Source: Campylobacterota bacterium
GTDB taxonomy: Bacteria > Campylobacterota > Campylobacteria > Campylobacterales > Sulfurimonadaceae
Reading direction: 5' to 3'
Length of the DNA: 64,000 nt
Assembly: GCA_039714575.1 (NCBI GenBank)
Contig: JBDLJE010000003.1
Location: 294-64,293, forward strand
Shown: positions 26,475 through 36,592 of the stretch, in pieces
Layout: each line of letters starts with the position of its first letter
How positions within the stretch are numbered: position 1 is the stretch's first letter
Made by a program: the position numbers and the translations under genes
Notes under the pieces: model-generated
The model's input: the letters and a program-made list of their open reading frames with translations, nothing else
Database searches by the model: none
What the model was told of the DNA's origin: nothing

Positions 26475-29400
26475 ATGATGGAACATCACGATCTCTTACG
26501 ATCATTTAAAGACAACTGTGGTTTTGGACTGGTTGCGAACATTAAAAACCGCGCCTCACACAAAACACTGGAAGATGCTATTACAGCGCTCGAGCGTATG
26601 ATGCACCGTGGAGCTGTTGCAGCCGACGGTAAAACAGGAGACGGCAGCGGTCTTCTTCTCTCTATGCCTACAACATTTATGCGTCACGCTGCAAAAGAGG
26701 CAGGGCATGAACTTCCTGATCAGTTTGCTATTGCAACGGTCTTTACAAAAGATAAAAAAGAGTTAGACATCTTAGAAGAGGTGTGTGTCTCTAACGATCT
26801 TAAAGTGGTCTACCGTCGTGATGTTCCGGTAGATACCAACGCTCTGGGTGACCAGGCCTTGGCTTCACTGCCTAACATAGTACAGGTCTTTATTACGGCT
26901 AACTCTATTATGGCAAACCAGCGTTTTGATGCGCTGCTTTATCTTTCACGTAAAGAGACAGAGCACAAACTGGTTGATGTAAGAGACTTTTACATTGCCT
27001 CTATGTCATCGAAGGTCCTCTCATATAAAGGTCTTGTTATGCCGACGCATATCAAAGAGTTTTATCAAGATTTCCAGGATGAGCGTTTCAAGATCTCTTT
27101 CTCACTTTTCCACCAGCGTTTCTCGACAAACACACTTCCTGAGTGGCGTTTGGCTCAGCCTTTCCGTGCCGTTGCGCATAATGGTGAGATCAACTCTGTT
27201 GAGGCAAACCGTTTTAACGTTGAAGTCAAATCTGAGTCGATCAAGTCTGAAGTCTTTACCGATGAAGAGATCGCACGTATATTGCCGATCCTTCAGCTTG
27301 GCTCTTCTGACTCTGCTTCGGGTGACAACTTCTTTGAGTTCCTTATTGCGAACGGTATGGACTTCTTTAAGGCGGCACGTGCCGTTATTCCTGCACCGTG
27401 GCAAAATGCACCGCACATGGATCCTGAACTTCGTGCTTTTTATGAGTACCAGTCAACGGTGTTCGAAGCATGGGACGGTCCGGCAGCATTCTCTCTGACT
27501 GATGGTCGTTACATCGGTTGTGTTCTTGACAGAAACGGTCTTCGTCCGTCTAAGTACATCATCACGCATGATGACAACCTTCTGATCGCTTCTGAGTATG
27601 GTGTTGTTGACATCCCTGATGAGCAGATCAAAGAGCGTGGACGTCTTCAGTCCGGTCAGATGATCGGTCTTGACCTCAAGTTCGGAAAAGTGCTTAAAGA
27701 TGACGAGATCAACAACTATTTGAAATCATCTAACCCATATATGAAGTGGTTGAATGAGCGTATGGTCTACCTGCAAGAGCATGTTGAGAACCAGTACACA
27801 ACAAACTGTGAGATCGATGAGAACCTTACTCACCGCCAACGTTTCTTTAATGTGACACATGAGATCGTAGAGCAGGTCATCGAGCCGATGATCACTGACG
27901 GTAAAGAGTCCGTCGGTTCTATGGGTGATGATACACCGCTTGCAGCATTCAGTACAAAACAGCGTAACTTCTCTGACTTCTTCAAGCAGAAGTTCGCACA
28001 GGTAACAAACCCGCCTATCGACCCTATCCGTGAAAAAGTGGTGATGAGTCTTAACACCGGTTTTGGTGAGATCCACAACATCCTTGATGAGATCCCTACA
28101 CACGCACACCGCCTTAAAGCGATCTCCCCGATCATCACATACGAGAAGCTGGAAGTACTGAAATCTTACGGTGATGTGAACTCACCGCGTTATGAAGATT
28201 TCTATAAAAATGAGACATTCTCAGTTACGTATACAGCTGATCTGAAAAAGTCTTTAGATGCACTGGTTGACAAGATCGTTACTGCCGTTAAAGAAGATGG
28301 TGTTCGTATTGTCATCTTGAGTGACAAAGAGTTCTCAAAAGAGATGCGTACTATCCCGATGCTGCTGGCAGTGGGCCGTCTCAGCCGTGAACTGCTTGAG
28401 CGTAAGGTACGTCATCTTGTCTCTATTATTGCAGATACAAGTGAGGTTGTTGACTCTCATGGTGCAGCAACACTGCTCGGTTATGGTGCAAGCGCTGTTT
28501 TCCCCAGCCTTCTTTTTGCGTCGGCTGTTAACCGTGTAAACCAGTCTAAAAACCTTGATATCAGCTGTTCGGAAGCACTTAAAAACGTACACTCATCACT
28601 TAATGCAGGTCTGTTGAAGATCATGTCCAAGATGGGTATTGCAACGATCGCTTCTTACCGCAACTCAGGTCTGTTTGATGTTATGGGTCTTAGCCGTGAG
28701 ATCGTTGCTGACTGTTTCAGTGATTCTCACGCACTCATTCCTGGTATCACGTATGAAGACATTGATGAACGTCTTGCAGACGCGCATCAAAAAGCTTTTT
28801 ATGACCGTGGCTTCAGTACGATCTTCCCGCTTAACATCGGTGGTTTCTACAAGTTCTACAACGGTCAAGAGTATCATGACTTCGGTCCGGATACCATTCA
28901 TGCTATCCACGCCATCAGCAAGTCGGGTGATGAGAAAGATTACATCAAACTTCGTGAGATCATCAACAAGCGCGGTCTAAAGTTCGTTCGTGACTTCTTG
29001 GAGTTCAAATCAGACAGAAAGGCGATCGATATCTCTGAGGTCGAGCCTAAAGAGACGATCTTCAAGCGTTTCGCATCCGCTGCGATGAGTCTTGGTTCTA
29101 TCTCTCCGGAGGCACACGAAGCGATCGCTGTTGCAATGAACACGATCGGCGGTATGTCTAACTCGGGTGAGGGTGGTGAAGATGTTGCCCGTTTCGGCAC
29201 AGACAAACTCTCTAAGATCAAGCAGGTCGCATCAGGCCGTTTCGGTGTGACACCTGCGTACCTGCGCTCTGCAGAAGAGATCCAGATCAAAGTCGCTCAA
29301 GGTGCCAAGCCGGGTGAGGGTGGACAGCTTCCGGGCCACAAAGTAACGGGTCTTATCGCACGTCTTCGTCATACGGTTCCAGGTGTGACACTGATCTCGC

Positions 29401-30911
29401 CTCCGCCGCACCATGATATCTACTCGATCGAAGATCTTGCACAGCTTATCTTCGATCTTAAACAGGTCAACCCTAAAGCGAGGATCGCTGTTAAACTTGT
29501 TTCGACTGCCGGTGTCGGTACGATCGCTGCCGGTGTTGCAAAAGCATACGCTGACAAGATCATCATCTCCGGTGGTGACGGTGGTACTGGTGCTGCTCCG
29601 CTTACGTCTATCAAGTTTGCGGGTAACCCTTGGGAACTTGGTCTGACAGAGGCGCATAATGCACTTAAGGCAAACAGCCTTCGTGGTCTTGTTGAAGTTC
29701 AGACAGACGGTGGTCTTAAGTCTGGTCTGGATGTTGTAAAAGCTGCGCTACTAGGTGCTGAGTCTTATGCATTTGGTACGGGTGTCCTTAGTATTGTCGG
29801 TTGTAAGATGCTCCGTATCTGTCACTTGAACAAATGTTCGGTGGGTATTGCAACACAAAACGAAAGACTGCGTAAAGAGCACTTTACAGGTAATGTTGAG
29901 CAGATCATCAACTACTTTACTTTCTTGGCTGAAGATGTCCGTTCTATCATGGCGGAACTCGGTTTCAAGACGATGGAAGAGATGATCGGACGTTCTGATG
30001 TGCTTAAGGTCGTTGATGATGCCTTTGCTCAGAAGTTTGACTTCTCTGCAGTGCTTCACCAGGAAGAGGGTGTAAACACTTGTCAATCGGAGTTCAATGA
30101 GCCGTTTGACGACAACGCCTTTGAGATCGATGTTCTTGAAGAGACAATGTCTGCGATCAAACATCCAGACCAGCCTATTCGTATAGAGCGTGAGATCACA
30201 AACCTTCACCGTAGTTTCGGTGCACGTATTTCCGGTGAGATCGCACAGTATTATGGTGACAAAGGTCTTAAAGAGGACACGATCAAGATCAACCTTACCG
30301 GTATCGCTGGACAGGCGCTCGGTGCTTTCTTGATCGAAGGTGTCTCGCTTCATTTAGACGGTGTGGCGAATGACTACATCGGTAAAGGGATGAGCGGCGG
30401 TAAGATCATCATCAATCCTGCCCACAAGGGCGAAGAGTATTCATCAGGCGGTAACACATGTCTTTACGGTGCAACAGGCGGTAAACTCTTTATCTCCGGT
30501 TCAGTCGGTGAGCGTTTTGCTGTACGTAACTCAGGTGCCTTGGCCATAGTCGAAGGTACCGGTGACAACGCGTGTGAGTATATGACAGGCGGTATTGTTG
30601 CTATTCTTGGTAAAACAGGCGGTAACTTCGGTGCAGGTATGACAGGCGGTATCGCGTTTGTTTACGACTCTGAGCATGACTTTGTTGAAAACGTCAACCG
30701 TGAGCTTGTTGAAGCGATCCGTATTGACACAGATGATGGTGATGAGGCGAGACACTACCTTAAACGTCTACTGAAAGAGTATGTCGCTGCAACAGGAAGT
30801 CCAAAAGCACAAGAGATCTTAGACGCATTTAGAGTCGAGATCAGAAACTTCTGGTTGGTGCGTCCGAAAAACCTTAAAAAATTACCGTTAAATCAAGAGA
30901 AAGGGGATTAA
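26475..30911 (+). CDS. gltB: Glutamate synthase large subunit
   Basis: It is 1478 aa, with the N-terminal amidotransferase motif CGFGLVANI, an FMN/Fe-S central domain and a C-terminal GXGXG beta-helix (GGKLFISGSVGERF). Confidence 0.95.
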   Translation: MMEHHDLLRSFKDNCGFGLVANIKNRASHKTLEDAITALERMMHRGAVAADGKTGDGSGLLLSMPTTFMRHAAKEAGHELPDQFAIATVFTKDKKELDILEEVCVSNDLKVVYRRDVPVDTNALGDQALASLPNIVQVFITANSIMANQRFDALLYLSRKETEHKLVDVRDFYIASMSSKVLSYKGLVMPTHIKEFYQDFQDERFKISFSLFHQRFSTNTLPEWRLAQPFRAVAHNGEINSVEANRFNVEVKSESIKSEVFTDEEIARILPILQLGSSDSASGDNFFEFLIANGMDFFKAARAVIPAPWQNAPHMDPELRAFYEYQSTVFEAWDGPAAFSLTDGRYIGCVLDRNGLRPSKYIITHDDNLLIASEYGVVDIPDEQIKERGRLQSGQMIGLDLKFGKVLKDDEINNYLKSSNPYMKWLNERMVYLQEHVENQYTTNCEIDENLTHRQRFFNVTHEIVEQVIEPMITDGKESVGSMGDDTPLAAFSTKQRNFSDFFKQKFAQVTNPPIDPIREKVVMSLNTGFGEIHNILDEIPTHAHRLKAISPIITYEKLEVLKSYGDVNSPRYEDFYKNETFSVTYTADLKKSLDALVDKIVTAVKEDGVRIVILSDKEFSKEMRTIPMLLAVGRLSRELLERKVRHLVSIIADTSEVVDSHGAATLLGYGASAVFPSLLFASAVNRVNQSKNLDISCSEALKNVHSSLNAGLLKIMSKMGIATIASYRNSGLFDVMGLSREIVADCFSDSHALIPGITYEDIDERLADAHQKAFYDRGFSTIFPLNIGGFYKFYNGQEYHDFGPDTIHAIHAISKSGDEKDYIKLREIINKRGLKFVRDFLEFKSDRKAIDISEVEPKETIFKRFASAAMSLGSISPEAHEAIAVAMNTIGGMSNSGEGGEDVARFGTDKLSKIKQVASGRFGVTPAYLRSAEEIQIKVAQGAKPGEGGQLPGHKVTGLIARLRHTVPGVTLISPPPHHDIYSIEDLAQLIFDLKQVNPKARIAVKLVSTAGVGTIAAGVAKAYADKIIISGGDGGTGAAPLTSIKFAGNPWELGLTEAHNALKANSLRGLVEVQTDGGLKSGLDVVKAALLGAESYAFGTGVLSIVGCKMLRICHLNKCSVGIATQNERLRKEHFTGNVEQIINYFTFLAEDVRSIMAELGFKTMEEMIGRSDVLKVVDDAFAQKFDFSAVLHQEEGVNTCQSEFNEPFDDNAFEIDVLEETMSAIKHPDQPIRIEREITNLHRSFGARISGEIAQYYGDKGLKEDTIKINLTGIAGQALGAFLIEGVSLHLDGVANDYIGKGMSGGKIIINPAHKGEEYSSGGNTCLYGATGGKLFISGSVGERFAVRNSGALAIVEGTGDNACEYMTGGIVAILGKTGGNFGAGMTGGIAFVYDSEHDFVENVNRELVEAIRIDTDDGDEARHYLKRLLKEYVAATGSPKAQEILDAFRVEIRNFWLVRPKNLKKLPLNQEKGD

Positions 30912-30912
30912 G

Positions 30913-32295
30913 ATGAGAAATTTCCTACAAGTAAGCCGAATCGATCCGACTAAACGTTTAGTTGTTGAGCGTACCAAAGACTTTGGAGAGATCTATGAGG
31001 TCTTCCAAAAAGAGGATGCAGCACTTCAGGGTGAACGCTGTATTCAGTGTGGTGATCCTTTTTGTCTGAACAAGTGTCCGCTTCACAACTACATCCCGCA
31101 GTGGTTGAAGTCGGTTGCAGAGAAAGACCTTGAATTCGCTTTCAACCTCTCTAATGAGCCTTCTCCGTTCCCGGAAGTCATGGGGCGCGTATGTCCTCAT
31201 GACCGTCTGTGCGAAGGTGACTGTACACTCAACGACGGACATGGTGCTATTACGATCGGCTCTATTGAGACCTTTATCAATGAAGAGGGCTTTAAGGCCG
31301 GTCTTACCCCTAAGTTCCCTGGTGTCATAACTGACAAAAAGGTAGCGATCATCGGCTCAGGTCCTGCAGGTCTCTCTGCGGCGACGTACTTGTTACGTGC
31401 AGGTATCGCGGTAACAGTCTATGAGAGAGATGACCGTGCCGGTGGTCTTTTGACCTATGGTATCCCTAACTTTAAACTTGACAAAAAAGTGATCGAGCGC
31501 CGTGTAAAGATCTTGCAAGACGCGGGTATGGAGCTTGTACTCAACTGTGAGGTCGGTAAAGACATCACTTTTGATGAGATGGCAGACAGACATGACGCTA
31601 TCTTTATCGGTGTGGGTGCGACAAAAGCCAAAGGCGCACGTCTTGCCGGCGAAAAAGCCGACAATGTCTACATGTCTATGCAGTACCTTACCGCTATCCA
31701 GCGTAAGAACTTCGGCCTTAAGTATGACAAACAGTTTGACTTTAAAGATCAGGACGTTGTGGTCATCGGTGGTGGCGATACCGCAATGGACTGTGTCCGT
31801 ACTGCTAAACGTGAGGGTGCAAAGTCTGTGACCTGCCTCTACCGTCGTGATGCGCAGAACATGCCGGGTTCAAGAAAAGAGTATAAAAATGCGATGGAAG
31901 AGGGTGTTGACTTTACCTTCTACGCGTCGCCTAAAGAGATCGTTCTCGGTGAAGACGAGAGAGCTGTCAGTGTCGAGATGATCAAGACAGTACTTGGTGC
32001 GAAAGATGAGAGCGGTCGTCAGCGTATGGAAGAGGTTAACGGCAGTGAGTTTAAGGTCAAGGCTGATGTTGTAGTCATGGCCCTTGGTTTTGACCCTGAA
32101 GTACCTTCGTTCCTGGCTGAGAACGGTATTGAGACCAATGAGTGGGGCGGTGTTGTCGTCAATGATGATTATGAGACAACGACGCCTGGTATCTATGCCG
32201 GCGGTGACTGTTTCCGCGGTGCGGACCTTGTTGTAACAGCGGCACTTGACGGTCGTGAAGCAGCACGAAAAATGATAAAGTCCCTGCTTAAATAG
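30913..32295 (+). CDS. gltD: Glutamate synthase small subunit (NADPH)
   Basis: It has the Fe-S Cys clusters CIQCGDPFCLNKCP and the dinucleotide folds VAIIGSGPAGLSAA and VVVIGGGDTAMDC. Confidence 0.95.
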   Translation: MRNFLQVSRIDPTKRLVVERTKDFGEIYEVFQKEDAALQGERCIQCGDPFCLNKCPLHNYIPQWLKSVAEKDLEFAFNLSNEPSPFPEVMGRVCPHDRLCEGDCTLNDGHGAITIGSIETFINEEGFKAGLTPKFPGVITDKKVAIIGSGPAGLSAATYLLRAGIAVTVYERDDRAGGLLTYGIPNFKLDKKVIERRVKILQDAGMELVLNCEVGKDITFDEMADRHDAIFIGVGATKAKGARLAGEKADNVYMSMQYLTAIQRKNFGLKYDKQFDFKDQDVVVIGGGDTAMDCVRTAKREGAKSVTCLYRRDAQNMPGSRKEYKNAMEEGVDFTFYASPKEIVLGEDERAVSVEMIKTVLGAKDESGRQRMEEVNGSEFKVKADVVVMALGFDPEVPSFLAENGIETNEWGGVVVNDDYETTTPGIYAGGDCFRGADLVVTAALDGREAARKMIKSLLK

Positions 32296-32297
32296 GG

Positions 32298-33032
32298 ATG
32301 CAAACATTTATTGGGGCCTGTTTTGATGCGGCCTTGGAGGTTGAATCCCTTATCCGTTCAACACAACACAGTTACGGCTGTGAACCTCAGACAAAAGGTG
32401 CCGGGGGCGATGTCAGCATCGGTTATGATCTTCTTGCTGAAGATTGCTTTGTCAAACACCTCTCACCCTTTGGCCGGATCCTCTCTGAAGAGAGTGGTTA
32501 TATCGGTGAAGGCGACGATCTTATCATCATTGATCCCATTGACGGCAGTGATAACCTAAAATCAAAATTTCCTTATTATGGTGCTTCTATCGCTCTGAAA
32601 CGAGATGACAAAACAGTGGCGGCAATGGTCTGTAATTTTGCGAACGGTGACTGCTTTGTTCGAGTAAACGGCGAACACTATCGCCGCTCTCTTTTTAGAG
32701 AAGAGGAGCGTGAAGATGTGGGTATTAACCGGCATGCAAAAGTTGGTCTGTTTGAAAAAGCAGGACTTCACCTTGACGCAGCAGGTACGCTGATAGAGAG
32801 TGGACTTAAGTTCCGTTCTCCGGGGGCTGTTGCACTCTCTCTGTCGTATGCCCATGCAGCAAAGTACATGATCTTTCTGGGCAGTATGCGCCCCTATGAT
32901 ATTGAAGCGGGGCTCTATCTGTGTGAAGATCTGTATACCTATAAGAGTGAAGATGTCATCATCGTATCGCATAATAAGGATGTCTTCGCTAAAATACTAA
33001 CAATTTTTAATTTAACGGACAGCAGTGCCTAA
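32298..33032 (+). CDS. Inositol monophosphatase family protein
   Basis: It has the ILSEESG and IIIDPIDGSDN metal-binding motifs. Confidence 0.75.
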   Translation: MQTFIGACFDAALEVESLIRSTQHSYGCEPQTKGAGGDVSIGYDLLAEDCFVKHLSPFGRILSEESGYIGEGDDLIIIDPIDGSDNLKSKFPYYGASIALKRDDKTVAAMVCNFANGDCFVRVNGEHYRRSLFREEEREDVGINRHAKVGLFEKAGLHLDAAGTLIESGLKFRSPGAVALSLSYAHAAKYMIFLGSMRPYDIEAGLYLCEDLYTYKSEDVIIVSHNKDVFAKILTIFNLTDSSA

Positions 33033-33066
33033 GTGGTAATGTTTGTACTTTTTTCAAGGCTAGCAT

Positions 33067-33915
33067 ATGAATCTTTTTGACCTTTTCAGCAGTTCTAACT
33101 CATCAAAACAGCAGGCATCTAAAAGCGAAGCACCGTCACACTGGATAAAATGTAAGTCATGTCAATCGTTGATGTACTACAAAGAGGTCGAGAACCAAAA
33201 CCATGTCTGTCCAAAGTGCGGATACCACCTCCGTCTGGGTGTTGATGCCCGTATTAATCTTTTAGCCGATGAAAATACCTTTGAAGAGTTCGATGCAAAC
33301 CTGAAACCGGTCGACCCGCTTAAGTTCGTTGATAAAAAATCGTATGCCAAGCGTGTAGAAGAGGGTGTTAGAAAGACAGGCCGCCACTCTTCAGTGGTGA
33401 GCGGTGAATGTGAGATCAACGGCATCGGGACACAGGTCGTTGTCTTTGATTTTGGTTTTATGGGCGGTTCCCTCGGCTCTGTTGAAGGTGAGAAGATCGT
33501 TCGTGCCATCAACCGCGCGATGGAGAAGCGTCAAGGTCTTATCATCGTCTCTGCTTCCGGCGGTGCACGTATGCAAGAGTCGACCTTCTCGCTGCTTCAG
33601 ATGTCTAAGACATCGGCGGCTCTGGCAAAACTTGCCGAAGCGAAACTGCCGTACATCTCTCTATTGACTGACCCTACTATGGGTGGTGTCAGTGCCTCTT
33701 TTGCAACGTTAGGGGATATCATTATCGCTGAACCGGGTGCCTTGATCGGTTTTGCGGGTCAACGTGTTATCAAACAGACGATCGGTTCAGATCTTCCGGA
33801 CGGTTTCCAGAGAGCTGAGTTCTTATTGGAAAAAGGTTCTATCGATATGGTGGTAAACCGTAACGAGATGAAAGACACGCTCGCCAATCTACTTAAGATG
33901 ATGTTAGGCAGATAA
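33067..33915 (+). CDS. accD: Acetyl-CoA carboxylase carboxyltransferase beta subunit
   Basis: It has the zinc ribbon CKSCQSLMY...[10 protein letters not shown] and the carboxyltransferase core [14 protein letters not shown]. Confidence 0.95.
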   Translation: MNLFDLFSSSNSSKQQASKSEAPSHWIKCKSCQSLMYYKEVENQNHVCPKCGYHLRLGVDARINLLADENTFEEFDANLKPVDPLKFVDKKSYAKRVEEGVRKTGRHSSVVSGECEINGIGTQVVVFDFGFMGGSLGSVEGEKIVRAINRAMEKRQGLIIVSASGGARMQESTFSLLQMSKTSAALAKLAEAKLPYISLLTDPTMGGVSASFATLGDIIIAEPGALIGFAGQRVIKQTIGSDLPDGFQRAEFLLEKGSIDMVVNRNEMKDTLANLLKMMLGR

Positions 33916-33942
33916 GCCTTTCATCCCTAAACAACTTCAACA

Positions 33943-34509
33943 ATGCAACTTTACGCACTCTGTGACCAGACAACGCTTGACAAAAAAAACATCTCTTTAG
34001 AGACATTTGTTGAACTCTGCACTAAACACAATGCACAGATCATCCAATACCGCAACAAAAGCCAAGACTTCGACTTTATTACTGCACAGCTTGTTAAATT
34101 GCGGCAGCTTTGGGGTAAGACACTTATCATCAATGACGCCTTTTTACTGCACCCTTTTTGTGATGGCGTCCATCTGGGGCAAGACGATCTTTTAAAGGTC
34201 GATAGAAATCCCTATTTTGCTATAGAGAAGATCCGTAACATTGTCGGTAGTAAAAAGATGATAGGGATATCAACCCATAATCAAGAAGAGATCGAGATGG
34301 CAAATCTGCTGGATCTTGACTACATAGGTTTAGGCGCTTACAGAGCCACAAACACCAAAGAGGATGCTGCACCCTTGAAAGATCAGTTAGATGACCTTGC
34401 AGCACTCTCTAGGCATCCTGTAGCAGCTATCGGCGGTGTCCGTTTTGACGATACCTTTGAAAATGTCGTTTATCATGTGATCAGCAGTGCACTGTATGAG
34501 GAGCTTTAA
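33943..34509 (+). CDS. thiE: Thiamine-phosphate synthase
   Basis: It is 188 aa and TIM-barrel-like, with IQYRNK, GVHLGQDD, IGISTH and DYIGLGAY motifs. Confidence 0.75.
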   Translation: MQLYALCDQTTLDKKNISLETFVELCTKHNAQIIQYRNKSQDFDFITAQLVKLRQLWGKTLIINDAFLLHPFCDGVHLGQDDLLKVDRNPYFAIEKIRNIVGSKKMIGISTHNQEEIEMANLLDLDYIGLGAYRATNTKEDAAPLKDQLDDLAALSRHPVAAIGGVRFDDTFENVVYHVISSALYEEL

Positions 34510-34968
34510 TTGAAAGTCGATATTGTATCTATTGCCAAAAAAGAGCGTTCTTTATACGATCCGCTGAATAAAGAGCTGACGAAGATGTCATCGCGCTTCG
34601 CCAAAATTAACGATATTGAACTTTTTACAAAAGATGTTACTAAAGCACACACGGTCGGATCAGAGGCCGCACAGAGCGCATATACCAAGATATTGGAACC
34701 ACATTTAGACGGCGCATTCACCATTGCATTGCATCCTGATGGAAAAATAATCAATTCCCACGAGTTTAGTAAGCTATTAGCTGATAAAATGGCGGTTAAA
34801 TTTTTTATCGGTGGTGCTTACGGTTTTGAAGAGCCGTTTTTGAAACGCTGTGATAAAGTGATCTCCCTTGGAGAGATCACCATGAGCCATAAGATCGCCA
34901 AGGTGGTTTTACTGGAGCAGATCTATCGCGGCTTTTCAATACTGAGCAACCACCCGTATCATAAATAG
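34510..34968 (+). CDS. rlmH: 23S rRNA (pseudouridine1915-N3)-methyltransferase
   Basis: It has a TTG start and the SPOUT C-terminus [11 protein letters not shown]...[35 protein letters not shown]. Confidence 0.9.
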   Translation: MKVDIVSIAKKERSLYDPLNKELTKMSSRFAKINDIELFTKDVTKAHTVGSEAAQSAYTKILEPHLDGAFTIALHPDGKIINSHEFSKLLADKMAVKFFIGGAYGFEEPFLKRCDKVISLGEITMSHKIAKVVLLEQIYRGFSILSNHPYHK

Positions 34969-34976
34969 GACGTTAA

Positions 34977-35327
34977 ATGCGTAATAGTGAACTAGAATTC
35001 TTTGTTGAGATGTTAGACTCTCGTAAAGTACAGATCCAAAAGAACATCGCCGGTGTTGAAAAAGAGCTGCAGGAGCTAAACTCTCTTGAGCTGAACGACG
35101 AAGGCGATCATGCTTCAGTCAGTAACGACAACCTGCGCGAAGTCGCTGTTGGTCAACAGCAAGAGTTGGAGTTGATCGAGATTGAAGTTGCTTTGGGTAA
35201 AATAAAAGACAAACAATTCGGCGTCTGCGAGATGTGTGAAGAAGAGATCTCTATTCAACGTCTAAAAGTGAAGCCACATGCAAAATACTGCATCGACTGC
35301 CGGGAGATCGTTGAAAAACAACAGTAA
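34977..35327 (+). CDS. dksA: DksA/TraR family C4-type zinc-finger protein
   Basis: It has a coiled-coil N-terminus and the zinc finger CEMCEEEI...YCIDC. Confidence 0.8.
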   Translation: MRNSELEFFVEMLDSRKVQIQKNIAGVEKELQELNSLELNDEGDHASVSNDNLREVAVGQQQELELIEIEVALGKIKDKQFGVCEMCEEEISIQRLKVKPHAKYCIDCREIVEKQQ

Positions 35328-35339
35328 CAAGGATACGTA

Positions 35340-36371
35340 ATGTATATTAAACGCTACTCAATAGCTGCCTTTATCTTAATGGCTTTGGTCGGCTCATATT
35401 TTTATATCTCTTTTCCAAACGAGAAGCTTGCTGTAGCTGTTGTCGGGATCAACCTTCCGGCATTGCCTCTGGCTGTCTGGATCGTGCTTGCTATGGTGGT
35501 ACTGTACCTAAGCACAGTAGCGCATATGATGTATTACTCTATTGTCGGTTCATTCAAACTTCGTAAGTTCCGTAAAGACTCTGAAACATTTGTCGACTCG
35601 GTTAGCGATGCACTTCTTGGCCGGATCGAACGTCATCACAGTTATAAAACTGAACGTTACGGTGTCTTTGCCAAAGTCGTTGATGCTGCCCGTCTTGATG
35701 TTCTTAAAGAGATCCCTGCAACAGGTGACGAAAAGCTGGACCAGACAATCGCGTTACTGAACAAGATCAAAAACGGTGAACATGTCGATCTCAAAAGGTA
35801 TCGACTTTCACAGAAGAACCCTCTGGTACAGCAAAATGACCTGAATGCCTATAATGCAGGCGTGGTCTCAGAAGAGCAGATCTTGAACGACGCTGACAAG
35901 TACTCTCAAGATCTTGTTGCATTAGCATTTACAAATTACGCTAAGACAGCACCGCTTAACCTGATAGAAAAATATAAAGCATTTTTGACCAAGACCGTAC
36001 TTTTTAATATTGTTGCCCGTGTCAATGCCGATGAAAATATTTTAGATATCTCAACGGAGCATCTGATCTCTCTCTTCGGTGAAGTCGAGTTGAAAGAGGA
36101 AGGGTACATTAACCTTTCGGCAACGCTCTCAAACAACATGCTTCCCGATGAGCGGATCAAACTCTTTAAACAGCTCTCTGATGAGAACGACATTGCAACA
36201 GCAGCCTATATCTATACACTTTTTGATCTTGAGATGATAGCACCTGCTGAAGATATCTTAGAGAACTCTCAACCGGATGAGTTTATCTACTTTAAAGCGT
36301 ATAAGGCACTTAAAGATTGTCATAAAAACTTTGCCATCGATCTGTTTATCCCCCACAAAATCTACAAGTAA
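35340..36371 (+). CDS. Hypothetical membrane protein
   Basis: It has two N-terminal TM helices followed by a soluble helical domain. I recognised no family. Confidence 0.6.
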   Translation: MYIKRYSIAAFILMALVGSYFYISFPNEKLAVAVVGINLPALPLAVWIVLAMVVLYLSTVAHMMYYSIVGSFKLRKFRKDSETFVDSVSDALLGRIERHHSYKTERYGVFAKVVDAARLDVLKEIPATGDEKLDQTIALLNKIKNGEHVDLKRYRLSQKNPLVQQNDLNAYNAGVVSEEQILNDADKYSQDLVALAFTNYAKTAPLNLIEKYKAFLTKTVLFNIVARVNADENILDISTEHLISLFGEVELKEEGYINLSATLSNNMLPDERIKLFKQLSDENDIATAAYIYTLFDLEMIAPAEDILENSQPDEFIYFKAYKALKDCHKNFAIDLFIPHKIYK

Positions 36372-36374
36372 ACT

Positions 36375-36482
36375 AAAAGTTCCAGCTTCGGCGCAATTTG
36401 CACCGGAGTTCACCTCTCAACGTACTTAATGTACGCCTTCGGGTTCACATCCGGCACAACTTACACCAAACCTGGAACTTTT
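36375..36482. other. 108-nt imperfect hairpin element (terminator, REP-like element or small RNA)
   Basis: Perfect 11-bp outer arms aaaagttccag (36375-36385) and ctggaactttt (36472-36482) enclose an inner ccgga/tccgg pairing and a central cgtac-ttaat-gtacg hairpin (36421-36435). A T-run follows. Confidence 0.5.
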
Positions 36483-36557
36483 TGCGACACAAGAACTTTT
36501 TGCGATGAGCTTCGCCATCTTTTCCTATTTCCTATTTCCTATCGTGTAGTGATATTT

Positions 36558-36566
36558 TGCTATAAT
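36558..36566 (+). promoter_or_regulatory. Extended -10 promoter element upstream of dus
   Basis: tgcTATAAT, with TATAAT at 36561-36566, lies 27 nt upstream of the ATG at 36593. Confidence 0.4.
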
Positions 36567-36592
36567 TTCACAATTAATTTTTTAGGCACACT

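Noticed and set aside
36436-36460. T-loop-like motif gggttcacatcc suggesting a tRNA or tmRNA fragment
   Set aside because: I could build no acceptor, D or anticodon arms around it, and the flanking stem is only 3-4 bp. I treat it as part of the larger hairpin element.
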